The notes beneath the pieces were generated by a model that was given only the letters and a program-made list of their open reading frames with translations, had not been told where the DNA came from and ran no database searches. From Phoronis australis (lineage: Eukaryota > Animalia > Phoronida), in contig NMRA01000103.1 of the NCBI GenBank assembly GCA_002633005.1, forward strand, positions 220,690 to 284,689: a stretch of DNA of 64,000 nucleotides, in the 5' to 3' direction. Below are positions 1-12,967 of the stretch, piece after piece (the first letter of the stretch is position 1; each line of letters begins with the position of its first letter). Made by a program: the position numbers and the translations under genes.

Positions 1-4
1 GGTT

Positions 5-303
5 AGGGCCCATTTGGAACACCTCTCGGGTATTTTCGTACCTACAAATTTACCGTCGGAACATCTGGAGCACCTCGGCTATTTTCCTATTTGCATGTAC
101 AAATTTTTCTTAGAAACACTTCAGGTATTTTCGTAGCCACAAATATCCTCTCTGAGGTGAATGTTATCCAAAATATGGCAAGTCATATGATTTTCAATCT
201 TGACAATAATAGGCTAACTGAAGTCCGCACTCATGCAGAGAGCGTTCACATATTATGTGAAATTTGAGGTTACGAAAACACCCGAGGTGTTCTGGAGGCC
301 CTT
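5..303. mobile_element. MITE-like element with ~45-bp imperfect TIRs and internal subrepeats
   Basis: gaacacctctcgggtattttcgtacctacaaattt vs aaatttgaggttacgaaaacacccgaggtgttc; the motif recurs at about 65-105 and 112-145. Confidence 0.55.
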
Positions 304-649
304 GGAAGTTAATGTTTTCAGTGCATGCTCGAACTTTATGGCCAACCATTCTCCACTAAGTTCGATAATCACGCAGGTTAAATTCACCTCCAATGAGAAG
401 TTTGAGGCCCCGAAGATACCCAAGGTGATCTGAATGGCTTAGGACTCTCAAGTTGTGCGGGGTCCCACCTCAAAAAGGGAAATAAGGAAGAAAAAATTAG
501 TATGCCAACGAGGTGAGAGGTGTAGCTTGAGAATTTTGGCTACCCGGAGGGTCGAAAATTGTGTTATTCTAGGAGGTGAAGACTGTGTAGACTGCAAAGT
601 GGTGGAAATTGGGTGCCAGCAGTGTCTACTGTAACACTGTACAAAGACG

Positions 650-847
650 GATAGGGGGAAGGGGGGGGGTGCGGCAAGGGGGCCATGGCCCTGTCTAAAA
701 TTCTCCCAGATTCCCGTTGGTAGTTTGGGGGTGCAAATGTCTGACGGCCAAAATACTCTGTCCTTGCTCCACCCCCCTCCCCCCTAACTCAAAATCCTGG
801 ATCCTCCCCTGCTGTAAGATCTTAAAGCAGGGGAGGATCCAGGATTT
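650..847. mobile_element. G/C-tract MITE end (CAGGGGxGGATCCAGG type) ending in a 56-bp palindrome
   Basis: 792-813 is the exact reverse complement of 826-847; poly-G/poly-C tracts upstream. Confidence 0.6.
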
Positions 848-2039
848 CAGGATGTTTTCAATTCTTAAAAAGCGTTCGAAAATGAAACTGAAAAATGCCA
901 AGTGAAACGAGTGAAGCCATTGTTAATTCAGGTTTGTTTTCCTAATACGTACTCGATAATTACATGATTTTACTTCAGTTATTTGGTAATATCACAACAT
1001 ATAAACAGCTACCTCACCAGAGAGTTCCCCCCGACCGCAAACGCGACGCAGTCGCAAAATAACTTTACTCTAGGGACACCTAGCGACCTGATAACGTAAT
1101 ACCGGATGTCAGCATGCGCAGAGCAAACTTCCTGGTTAAAAATTGCCAGCTGACAGCCAATGAAAACCATCGCTCTAGTGCGCTGTACCTGGGCCTTCAC
1201 AAGCAATCCGTGACGTCAGCTTGTGAGGCCCGGGAACCAGGATATTGCGTCAATTGCGTGTAAACACAGAGCAAAACCATTAATTGATGCTCATAAGACT
1301 TTTTGTAACAGATTGTGAAGTATTTTTTAGGAATTTTAAAATTGTAATAAGATAGACATTTTGGAAAGAAATGGAATGAATAAAAAGTCTCTTCTGACAA
1401 TATTTATTACAAGAACCTGAAGTCCTTCAACCAGTCGTAATACCTGTGCTAAGAAAGGATGAAACTTTATATACCTGGAAGATTATACATTTCAAATAAG
1501 TTTTGTGTTGGAATGCTATACAGTGTCTTTAGGTAATTCGTATTATGCATAACTTATCTGGAAAATGTATAGTGGATTATTTTAGTTTGTACTCGAAGAT
1601 ATTAAAGCAGCTTGCACCCACTTTTTTGTGATTCCACAACAAATACCGAGAAAAGAACCAATGGCCGTAGGAAAGATCGTAGTCTCAGTAGTTTGTGAAG
1701 AAGCCTGATCACTGTCGAACACAATCACTTTACCATGAAGTTAGCGACGACATTTTACCGTTCACTGTTGGTACACTTGTCGTTTTAGAAAGCCGAATCG
1801 GCAAGAAAAAACACTACAATGGATTATATTTTCTGAAATGTACACACATAAAAAGGCATGCGTCATAATAATTGATAATCGATGAATTATATTCGCCATA
1901 TTCGGTGGAAACGTTTTAGACAGTTATGAACAATGAATACCCTGATTGTTCTAATCAGTTTTTAATGTTCGACTTTGACAATCTATCGCAAATGGTCTCA
2001 TATGACAGTGTTCATCCGTTCTTACCAATATCCATCCCT

Positions 2040-3285
2040 TCGGAAGTGAGACCCATCACTGAAAATGCTGTGGCACCGGCCATAAAGCACAACAATAATG
2101 TCTTCATCGCTTAGAGTTCGTTGAAATGGGAGCAGACTCATCAGCGCGCAAAGCACAGTTGATGAGGAACTGTTTTATATACTGTTTGAAAGTGGTTTCG
2201 TCACGCAACACGCGCCAGCAAAGGTCAGCTCTGACAAGACCAGCCAATCACGGCGCAGGAATTAGTATGAGAAACAACTGTCCGCCTTCTTTGTTCCACA
2301 CATACAGTTTTGGAACAGAACGAATAGGAAGCGTATAGATTAATCAAATATTATGTTGACTTGTTTTGTACTCGTTCGACTTGCTAAGTGCAGGCTACAA
2401 TGTTTAAAGGTACTTATTAAAACAACCGAGGTAATTTATTAGGAAAATTTGTTCATACTTCGTGACGATTGTGATCAGGTAAAATTTTCAGTCACTACGA
2501 ACTGTTTGATGAGGGTAGAAACGTCTGCGTGATCAACTAAAAACTGCTTGTAGTAAGCAAAGTTATCATCTGATAACTAAGGGATTATTTTTTCTAAACA
2601 ACAAGGTCGCATTGTTCTCGAAATTTTATGCCATTTTTTATCAAATTTATTGGCAAATTACTCAAAAATTGTAAAACTCTTTACGTTTAAATAGTATAAT
2701 TATGAAACTCTAGGGTGAAATGGCAAAGTTAAGGTATTCATAAAACCTTTTCATCAACCTCCTGCACACCAGGGTCTATGGATTACTAATAAACTATTAT
2801 AAACTAGAATATGGGTGTCAGATTGAGACCAACGTCGGGTTAGATTTTGAAACATTTTTCATCTTCTCACCCGATCTCTCCCTTTGCAAGTGGAGTTGTA
2901 ACGTTTTCTCTCAAAATCCGCAAACAAAGATTCTGCGTCAAGTTCTGTCCCACACTAGTGTATTAGATATTTCAAGCAAATCTGAGTTCATCCAAGGCAA
3001 ACTTGATAACTAGGAACATACGGTAGGCGAGAATTACCAGTTGCGTAGAGACTATTATCTAAATGTATGTCGTAAAACCTTTGATTCCCGCTAGGGAGCG
3101 TATTCCTGCTGATCAATTGTTTAACGAAATGTAAGTGCACCGTCCCCATCTGATATGTGTGTCATTCCATTAAACTATAGAAGGTAGGGGTGAGTGATGG
3201 GAATCGTCTTTGGCAAAATGACGCCAGGTTTGTAGCCGTATACATACAACATGAGCAGCGATATACGTGGAATCGTTACCCACTA
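2040..3285 (+). repeat. Left arm of a long diverged inverted repeat
   Basis: Collinear reverse-complement similarity with 5160-6480 in many blocks (e.g. aggcgagaattaccagttg / caactggtaattctcgcct; gaggaactgttttatatact / agtatataaaacagttcctc). Boundaries approximate. Confidence 0.8.
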
Positions 3286-5159
3286 ATACCATACTCATTT
3301 TCAATACTTTATTTCTGCGGCATTGGTACCATATTTTGATAATGTTAAATGTACACTGTTGTGCGACATTGAACGTTTGTTGCTCGTAACGCTTAGGATA
3401 AAGCTTTAAATCCGTGGAGGACTTCAAAGACATCTGTTAAATAAAATAGAACAATGTATCCTTAGCATACAAGTGTTGGCATTTACTTCCTCATCTTAAT
3501 GTCATAAAAATGACTGTTTTTATGTAGACAAGTTTATGTAAGTTTGCAATAAAAGTTAACTTTAATCGGGTGAGTGTGTTTGTGACTGAGTGTACATGTA
3601 TGAAAGACTAGTCATTCTCTTTCAACTATCATCTTTTATAATAATCTCATGTCAGTTGTACGCATAAGTTCTATGGTTCCATTTTTCAAATTCTTTATTT
3701 GTTCTGTACTATACATTGTTTATTATAAGGATATTCAGCGGGGACCACCCAACTCCATCAATATTTCTTAGAATAGCTGTAACAATTCACGAGGGCTCTA
3801 GATCAGGGAGTAAAGAGTGAGAACCTGCAAAAATATATTTATACCACATATTGAAGAGAAGCATTGCAATGAATCGGTCTACCTTTCTCGATTGCCCTCG
3901 GCTTTGTAACTACTTTCTATGTCAGAGGCCAGGGTTCGGGGGTCGTGACCTTTTAAGAAAAGCCGAACTGTTTTTGTCAAATAAGGCTTTTACTCAAAAC
4001 CAATTGAAAATTTAAACAAAATAGAAATAAAATGAATCTATAAATTGAGGTTTAGCAACTATTATTGCTTACTACACATTTTATCACGCTAAGCTTCGAC
4101 CGGGAAAATATCGTCTGCTAAAGTAGGTTACCACTGGTAACTGACTATAATACTCATGTCAAAGGATCCCGACGACACGATACCTGCATTTAAATTGGAG
4201 ATCGGTGATTTACAAGTGAGAGAACATAAGAGAAAATTTTCACTGAATTAAAATATCGTTTTTATGGAAATTATGCGTCTCATTTTTCACATCGTATGAA
4301 TGTCGGTACAATGCCCTTTGTTGCGAATGTTGCGCGTGATCATTTAAGTATTCTGTTTTCACGACAGTGAAGTCTAAACAGCATAGATCTAGGTTCTTTT
4401 GTCTGTATCTCACGGAAAAAACTTCGAAATTATCTCCGAACAGACCCCAAACTCCTGCTACGGACCTTATTGGCCTGCCGAACTTTGTAGGCTACGGTGT
4501 GTCCAAATACCAATAAATCCGTAAGAGCGAAATAAAACAACACGTTTTTATAAAATCTCGGTGTATTTTTAAGGGTTTTAGATCGAAGTTTGGTGATTTA
4601 TTTGTGTTAAACGATTACTTCAAGCGATACGCTGACACCAGTAACCCATGTTGTGAACTGCTGAACAGACTGCGTGTGAAACCGATGACGTCATTGGATA
4701 ATTTCAACACCTCCGTCTGCCGTCAGGTGTCAGGTAACGCAACCGTACGTGTCCTTATGGAGTAGAACTACTCGATCTAAATTGATACAAATTAAGTTGT
4801 TTTTTAGGTGGCATGCTCCTTTAATAATATTATGATTTCTGCGTAAATAAATGTATTCATTGAAGAAAAACTATGTATCATTTCCTGATGAAGAAATGGT
4901 TGTACTTTTCCCCAACGCAGTATCCGCGCTCTGTCGAATGATGCAGTATGTGAATGCCTGTTTTTAAATGTGACAGTTTGATTATTAATCTCTGTCATGA
5001 GAACCAGAGTTTATTTCACTCATGCCAGTGCACGATTCACATGACAAGAATTGTTTGTCTGGCGTGTGATTTGGACAAGTATGACGTGTCAATGAATCAT
5101 GCATGCGTTTTGAAAGATGTGACAAGCACCGTGCTGTTGATAAGATCTACAATTATGTG

Positions 5160-6480
5160 AATAACGATTCCATATGTATAGCTACTAATGTTGAATCTTT
5201 TTTAGGCAGTAACACATAGTAAAAAACAAATTTGATATCAGATGACAGTTTTTCTTTTTCCTTGTCCGTAGACGGCTACTCACCTGACGACATTTTGCCA
5301 AGGGTGATTCACTTCACTTGCCTTTACTGCCATAGTTTATCAGAATGTCATACAGGTCCTATGTGTGTGGTGCACCTACATCATGTAAAGAAATTGGTTA
5401 GCTGGAATACGATTCCTAGCGGGAATCAGGGTTTTGCGACATTGATAGTCCTTACCCAACTGGTAATTCTCGCCTACTGTATGTTAAGTACCTAATTTAC
5501 TTTCGTTGTCTTGGAGGAACTCAGGCTTGCTTGTGCTATTGGATACACTTAAGTGTGAGAGAAAACTTGACGAGGAATCTTTGTCCCGTCGGCAGTGAAA
5601 CATTTTTTGCACTTAAAATGTAAGGATTTAGAGGGAAAACGTTTCCTTTTCATTTGGAAAGGGAGAGACGGGTGAGAAGAGGATGGTTGTTTCAAAATCT
5701 AACTTGACGTTGGTCGCAATCTGATTCACATCTTCTAGTTTATTATTAGTCAATAGGCCCTGGTGTGCTGGAGGTTGAAGAAAAGGTTTTCTGAATACGT
5801 TAATTTTGCAATTTCACCCTAGCTTTCAATAATTGTACTGCTTAAACGTAGAGTTGTACATTTTTGACTAATTTACCGATAAATTTGATAAACAATCACA
5901 TGGCTTTTTTGTTTACAAATATAATCCCTGGGTAGTCAAGTGAAATTTTCTTTTCAGTACGAAGTGTTTGTAGTTGAACCAGACGTTTCTAGCCTCACAA
6001 AACAGATCGTAGTGAGGGAAAATTTTACAGGATAACCATGGTCACGAACTGTGAACAACTTATTAGGTAATATTATCTCGGTTGTTTTAACAGGTATTTT
6101 AAACTTTCTTACTCGCACTAAACACATGGAACGAGTACAAAATAAGTCAACATACTATTTGATTAATCTTTACGCTTTCTATTGGTTCTGTACCCATCTG
6201 TGTGGAGCAAAGAATGCGGACTGTAGTTTCTCATTCTAGTTCCTGCGCCTTGATTGGCTGGACTTGTTAGCTTGATTGACATGTCAGAGCTGCCCTTTGT
6301 TGGCGTGTTTTACGTGACGAAACCACCTTCAAAAAGTATATAAAACAGTTCCTCGCCAACTCTACTTTGCGCGCAACTGAGTCTGTTCAAATTTAATCGA
6401 TCCGTAAAAGAAAAAACATCATTACTGTCCGTTTTGGTCGGTGCCGCATCCTTAGCAGTGTCGGGTCTCGCTACCAATGT
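5160..6480 (-). repeat. Right arm of a long diverged inverted repeat
   Basis: Reverse complement of 2040-3285, as above. Boundaries approximate. Confidence 0.8.
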
Positions 6481-7581
6481 GGTGAACAAAGGTTAGTACA
6501 AATTAAGACTGGCACGAGAGGCCAATTTTGGGAGATTGACGTATTCGAATATTGCATGCTAATGTGTATAACCACACGGTACACCGTTCGATGTAAAACG
6601 TTCGTGTCAAAAAGTTTGTTATTTCCCTAGTTCATGAAGCGTCAGCTCAAACTGCGACCTAAAACTCTGATATTGGTCAGAAAAGCCATAATCATCAGTT
6701 CGTAAAATTTTCAGTTGTTCGGAAGCCTACCCTTGCATTATACTGTGCACTGAAACTCTATTAATTGGAGGACAGTCATCAGATAATGTCAAATAACTCG
6801 AGAATGGTAAGTCTTAGAGAAATGCTAATGACATCTCATATAATCTATAAAATATGATATCCAAAGGATCAAAATCAGAGAAATCTTCCAGAGACAGTCG
6901 AGCTATAGCTCGACAAACAAAACAGTGAAAAATGACCGCCTCATCGCCACCTTGCGGCCAATTTCAACGAAGGTTAGCAACGTTCACGCTACTTACATGT
7001 ACAGTGTACAAGAAATTTCATATTACCAAGTAAGGTTAAAATGGAATTGACATAGTGACAAGTATCCCAGCTGTGACATGCAGTGTTGCCGCGTCGTTAT
7101 TCCCATGAGCATCTTTGCGAAAACTCAGTCGAAACTTAATCTGATGCGCCAGTATGCAAACCACTTGAATAAAAATGAGGCCGTGAAAAAGAAATCATAA
7201 CGGATTAAGACTGGTAAGCCTAAAGACGCATCAACACGGCAATACAAAACTATTTCTTTAAAGATTCCCAAAGAAGTCCAAAGGTTCATATGCAAACGTA
7301 AAAATTGCCAACAGGAGGCAAAACGTAGACAAAATGGGTTCATTTATAGGCAAATTAACGTATATGTATAGGTATGGAAAAATACCTGGGCTTATATGCA
7401 AAACGTGGACGCATGCGCCAACATGAATCACTTGCGTAAGAAAGCCGCGAAATAGGCTGTATTTCGAATATAGACCCATGGGCTTTAAGACGCGGCAATA
7501 CAGTACAGAATGAAATGTCAGGACTGGTTAATATGATTGGTGATCTTGTAGTCTCTAACATGTGACACATTTAGCAACGTA

Positions 7582-8591
7582 CAGTACAGCCACTGAATTT
7601 TTTGACTTCGTGCGGCCTACCTCACGCCTGGCCAGACCGGAGCGCAACCGGAACGCAGGGGTGACAGAAATCAGTCACGGTCGCCTCACGCCTACTCTCC
7701 GGGTAGTCATCATGCTTACCTCCGATTTAGTTAACGCCTTCGTCAGGCCTCGTTTACGGTTACCTCACGCTTTCTTCACGCCTTTGGTAGCTGTCGTAAC
7801 CCTGGTCGGGCTCCGGGCTAACCAGTAAAAATACATGTAACGTCTTGATTGCCTGTCTTTTCGGTCAAGTTGCAAAAACATTATAGTATGTTAGAGAATA
7901 TCTTTGCAAGCAGTCATCTATCACACTTGGGTTCCGACTAACTTTGTAATTCCACGTGTTGTTCATACAAACGTCCTCCTTCAGCTCGTCTTGTGTTACA
8001 CTTACATGTACATGTTCAATTTACGACTGAAGAGCCAGTCCCATCAACGACAAACATGTACAGTAACCACGGTTAGTAAATAGGAATGAACGCAACGTTG
8101 TGTCCAGAGTCATCTTTACATGCCTGTAGAATCCTTGAAACTTGTCACAGGTGGATATAGTTATTCGCCATGAAAATAGCCTACGCATCTTGTGAAGTAT
8201 TGTGTCACTCTGTAAATTTTTGTATCGTACTGGCGTACAGAAAATTTCAATAGGCCGCCCTTCTGACATACCCATCTCTTACTGCAAGCAAATGTTTTGA
8301 CTCAGAAGTCCTCAATCCGTAGTGCAGTTCAGTTATTTGTAGCCCACTCCCCGTAGTACATGCGTTTCAACTGAGTACACGGTATCCCCGGGATAATTCT
8401 TCACTAAAATAATAATAGCGGTCATCTGTTTGACTTGTCAAATGCTTGGGCGCGATAGGTTTTCTCCGCATGATACCGGAACTTGGGATTAATGTGCTCA
8501 GAATAGCTTCCTTCATATCTTGAAGGCAACTGAATAATTCCGCCTTGTACACGCGTGTTAAGATTCTTTATTAGTTTATATAAAAACAAAT

Positions 8592-8629
<38 letters not shown>

Positions 8630-9042
8630 CATATAATAACATATGAGTGAAAAGTAAAGTCCACAGGTCTGTTTCCTGAAGTGACTTAAGATTTTAGACG
8701 TAAATTTTGGTCTTTTACTGCACGTGACGACTTCAAAAAAATTAAACCTCACATGAGCAAAAGTCTATGAAAATACACACATCACTGCTAGTTACTGATA
8801 TAATTTAAATAAATTACTTTTTCATCTGCGATGCAGGTAAACTCACGCCTAGCTGGCTCACGGCTGGCTCGCGCTTCGTTCCGCCTAACTCACGGTAAGC
8901 TCCGGATACAGTCACGATTAGGCTCACGCCAGCTGTCACGGTTGATTCACGCCGCACTCTCCGGTCTGTCTCCGGTTACAGTCACGGGTGGCTAGAACCG
9001 GAGAGACACCGGAGAGAGTCTAATAATTCAGTGGCTGTACTG
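7582..9042. mobile_element. Non-autonomous Tc1/mariner-like DNA transposon (~1.46 kb)
   Basis: Perfect inverted ends TA-CAGTACAGCCACTGAATT (7580-7599) / AATTCAGTGGCTGTACTG-TA (9025-9044); TA TSD and CAGT termini; subterminal CTCACG repeats; no transposase ORF. Confidence 0.8.
8592..8637. repeat. (TA)n microsatellite
   Basis: Directly visible. Confidence 0.9.
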
Positions 9043-12000
9043 TAGAACAATTATTAAGATAGGTAGACGAATTTGACGAATTTTATGAAGCCTTGACTAG
9101 TTTTGGTCATTGGCCTAACATTCAAGCAATCACGATATCAGCTGCAATTAAAGGTACTTCACAATAACTATCGCTGACAAAGTGCAGACGCTTCTAGTAG
9201 TTTGATGAGAAATAATCCGGAGTTGGACAGACTGATCTAGCGACAGCGATACATTGCAAATGTCACTTTTTGAGTTGCATACAAAAGTAATTGCGAAATA
9301 TTGAATTAATGTCAAATTTTCAGCCAAAATTTGCTTCAGAATTGCATTTGAATCCGCAGTTTTTAAATGGGGATTAAATAGTGGTCTGGGTTTGAAATCG
9401 GTTCCTGTGTTACAGTCCCTACAGTGGACCCAAGCCCATAAGGATCACTTTGGTCATTCAGCTGAATCTCACTTGACATTTCACTTCGACTACGTGCCGT
9501 TGCTATTCTCACCGACTGTTCACAATTCGTGGCACTTCGAATTTCAATTAGTAAAAAACTCACCACGCTCGCTATGACCCCAGTTCGACAATGATCTTCC
9601 TTTTAGAAATGGCAGTGGTCGAATAGACACACCAAGCTCTTGAATCCATTTTTGGCAGTTCGAAATACTGACACTTGAAGCAATCTTCAGTAATTTGAGA
9701 CAGTGCCTGTAGTGTCTTAGACCACTATTTTCTATAAGCAATCGGAAAAACACATTTAGCGACAGCAACGTCCGCAGTGGGCATCACCGGAATAGGCATT
9801 GGTCACTTGGTAATGAAACAGAGCTTAAATCAAACATTTTCCGATTGAGAACCAATGAAACGCTTTCAACAGGGTGACGATCATGTCCAGATAACGCTTT
9901 GTTAAAATGAATTTTCTGTAATACTCTCATCACATCCATAGCCTAATACAGGTTAATTTGCAAACACGTCATCGAGGGACCCTTAGTCTCAATTGTCGGT
10001 CCACTTGTAATTGGTAAGACCAGGCATCACAGTCAAAATTGTAATAGGGAACTTTTCAAAATGACTTTGAGGCTATTATCGAAGACAAGTTGACCCCTAC
10101 ATAAAGGAAACAGTTAACGAGGTATGTAGGACTTTATCTATAGATTTTAGTTGCCTAAAAGTATGTGTTGTAGAGCGTCGATAGAATTTATTTTGTGAGG
10201 AATGAGGAATGTAATGAACACAATTGCCACCAAGCTGATTTGGCTGCTCTGTTGAATGAAAAAAGCAATTTTTTATGTGTGACAAACTTTTAATGCCAAA
10301 TGGTGACTAGCGTTTGCTTTCAACCCCTGTCGCTTGGTGTCTGAGAAACCGAGTGCGAATTGATGTGGTCTTCAAACAGATCGAAATTGCCATAAATGTA
10401 GCTGGTAAGGACGGACTATGACCACATTTTAGAATCTAGAGAGAACGAGCATTCTCGAAGTGCGATTTTGGGGAGCAAACTATCAAATTTGGTGTTTTTT
10501 GTCCTATTTTTGTGTGCCGGGACTTTTTCCGATGTGAATTAATCGATTGAAAATCTGCCGCTTTATTATGTTATCATAAATAATGCTTTGAAGTTGGTAA
10601 TTCTAAAAAAAATTTTTCACTCTTGGTAAGGATATGAGGTAAAGATTCGTCTCTACTTGAGTGTGTGTCGGCAGCCAAAACCTGTAATAACTGTAGTGTG
10701 CCTCCTTGTTCACTGTTGTGTGGGTCACGTGGCCATGTTTTAGTGAATTTTAGCAACAAAAGAAAGATATATTGATGGAAAAACGACCTTTTCTTAAGCG
10801 TCATCTTCCAGATTGCCGGGACGACCCAACCGCAAGATTTGAAACGACTTTCAGCAGCAACGTAAACTGCGCAGACTACTTAACAGAATTATCTCCAACC
10901 GTCTGCATATACATGTACGAATCAATCCAAAAGCAGTGATGTTCTTCGTGTGCAGCAAAAGGATACTTTTAACGTGGAGTACTTTGACTTGGAAGTTTCG
11001 AAAACCTGACTATTTTAGAAAAAAATCAGGAAAAATGCTTAAAATTTTCATTCAATAACTAAGACTTCCAGGTTTATCTTAAATTCAAAGAGTTTTTTGA
11101 TGTTAGTAACAGTTTTGTATTTCTAAAAACGAAAATTGGCTTTGGAAGATCTCTGGTGATTGTTTCTTGTTTGTTTCAGTTGGACGCCTTCTATGGAATT
11201 GAAACGTAAGAAATCATCATTGAAGATTCATGACACCGGGCTCATCTTGGAATTCTCTGGAAACCAAGGAGACGGTACAAGCACCCAGTTCATGAGAAGT
11301 AGCTCAAGTGGGGATGCTGGTTGAATTGTGTGAATTCGACTCATTGCCACTGGAACACAACAATGCATGTAAACTTTCTCGTTGGATTTGGTGAATACCC
11401 TACTAGGCCAACTTTGTAGTTTGGTTTAATTTGAAGTTATCAAATGATAGTATTGTTTTGCTAGTAATAGTCAGTTGATTTGAGATCCTGATAGTATGAT
11501 TGTTATTCTAACAACCTATAGTGGAAGTACATGTAATTGGTTATCATTTCAGGAAATTTACAAACTGAACGACCATGCATGTATTATAAAGGTGTAATAC
11601 TTGATTTTGAACTGTAGAGACACAGAACTTTTTATTACGCCCAGTGGTGAAATTCAGTATGCCTACATCACTGTTAACAACTGATGAACAGTCCTGAGGT
11701 CCTAAGTCAAATGGTATACCCGCCCTGTTGCCGTTGTTGGATTCTAGGCTAGCCAAGAGCTATTCAGTACACTTACTAGTAGTGGCTCATGTTACATGTA
11801 CATGTATGTTAATTCCGAGATGATGTGCATCTAGCGGCCACGTGGTGCAATCGGAAAATGCAATATCTCATCGATTTTCACTTTTGAATAAGCATTATTG
11901 TTGTTATGCGTCTTCTTTTTAATTCAATACACGTAGTGTTTTTCATATGCATGTAGTGATGAATGCTGTACTCTTAGCATTCTAAATTCCAATTTTAACT

Positions 12001-12136
12001 GAAAACCTGTATTTCTTTTCACTGACTTAGGTATCAGTGAATTATGCATTTCATATTATACCACAATATTAGCCTCGAATGGCACATACAACCGTGTAAT
12101 AACCCATAAAGTTATCTCACTAGTGAGATAACATTT

Positions 12137-12210
12137 TGGCGGGAAACCGAGGCCGGATTCGAACCCGGGCCTCAACATTTGCGAGTCGCAGACGCAAAAG
12201 GTACCCGCTC
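12137..12210 (-). mobile_element. tRNA-like/SINE-derived remnant
   Basis: Minus-strand T-arm-like ccgggttcgaatccgg with a canonical B box (GGTTCGAATCC); D-arm and acceptor stem not recognisable. Confidence 0.4.
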
Positions 12211-12345
12211 ATCCAAAACCTTTACGGCAAACAGATGGCGCTTCTCATCAATCACGTGTCATTTTATCGCTCAAATAAGACTGCCTGCCAGAGAATCTTA
12301 ACCAAGCACCTTGACCTACATTCTGCTGCTGCTGACTGTAGCCAC

Positions 12346-12967
12346 NNNNNNNNNNNNNNNNNNNNNNNNNNNNNNNNNNNNNNNNNNNNNNNNNNNNNNN
12401 NNNNNNNNNNNNNNNNNNNNNNNNNNNNNNNNNNNNNNNNNNNNNNNNNNNNNNNNNNNNNNNNNNNNNNNNNNNNNNNNNNNNNNNNNNNNNNNNNNNN
12501 NNNNNNNNNNNNNNNNNNNNNNNNNNNNNNNNNNNNNNNNNNNNNNNNNNNNNNNNNNNNNNNNNNNNNNNNNNNNNNNNNNNNNNNNNNNNNNNNNNNN
12601 NNNNNNNNNNNNNNNNNNNNNNNNNNNNNNNNNNNNNNNNNNNNNNNNNNNNNNNNNNNNNNNNNNNNNNNNNNNNNNNNNNNNNNNNNNNNNNNNNNNN
12701 NNNNNNNNNNNNNNNNNNNNNNNNNNNNNNNNNNNNNNNNNNNNNNNNNNNNNNNNNNNNNNNNNNNNNNNNNNNNNNNNNNNNNNNNNNNNNNNNNNNN
12801 NNNNNNNNNNNNNNNNNNNNNNNNNNNNNNNNNNNNNNNNNNNNNNNNNNNNNNNNNNNNNNNNNNNNNNNNNNNNNNNNNNNNNNNNNNNNNNNNNNNN
12901 NNNNNNNNNNNNNNNNNNNNNNNNNNNNNNNNNNNNNNNNNNNNNNNNNNNNNNNNNNNNNNNNNNN
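12346..12967. other. Assembly gap (N run) adjacent to the tandem array
   Basis: N characters; other gaps at 42009-42065 and 57232-57242. Confidence 0.99.

Noticed and set aside
12137-12210. Functional tRNA gene
   Set aside because: Only the T-arm/B-box is present; acceptor and D stems cannot be formed. Treated as a SINE-like remnant, as are fragments near 16975, 25995 and 42550.
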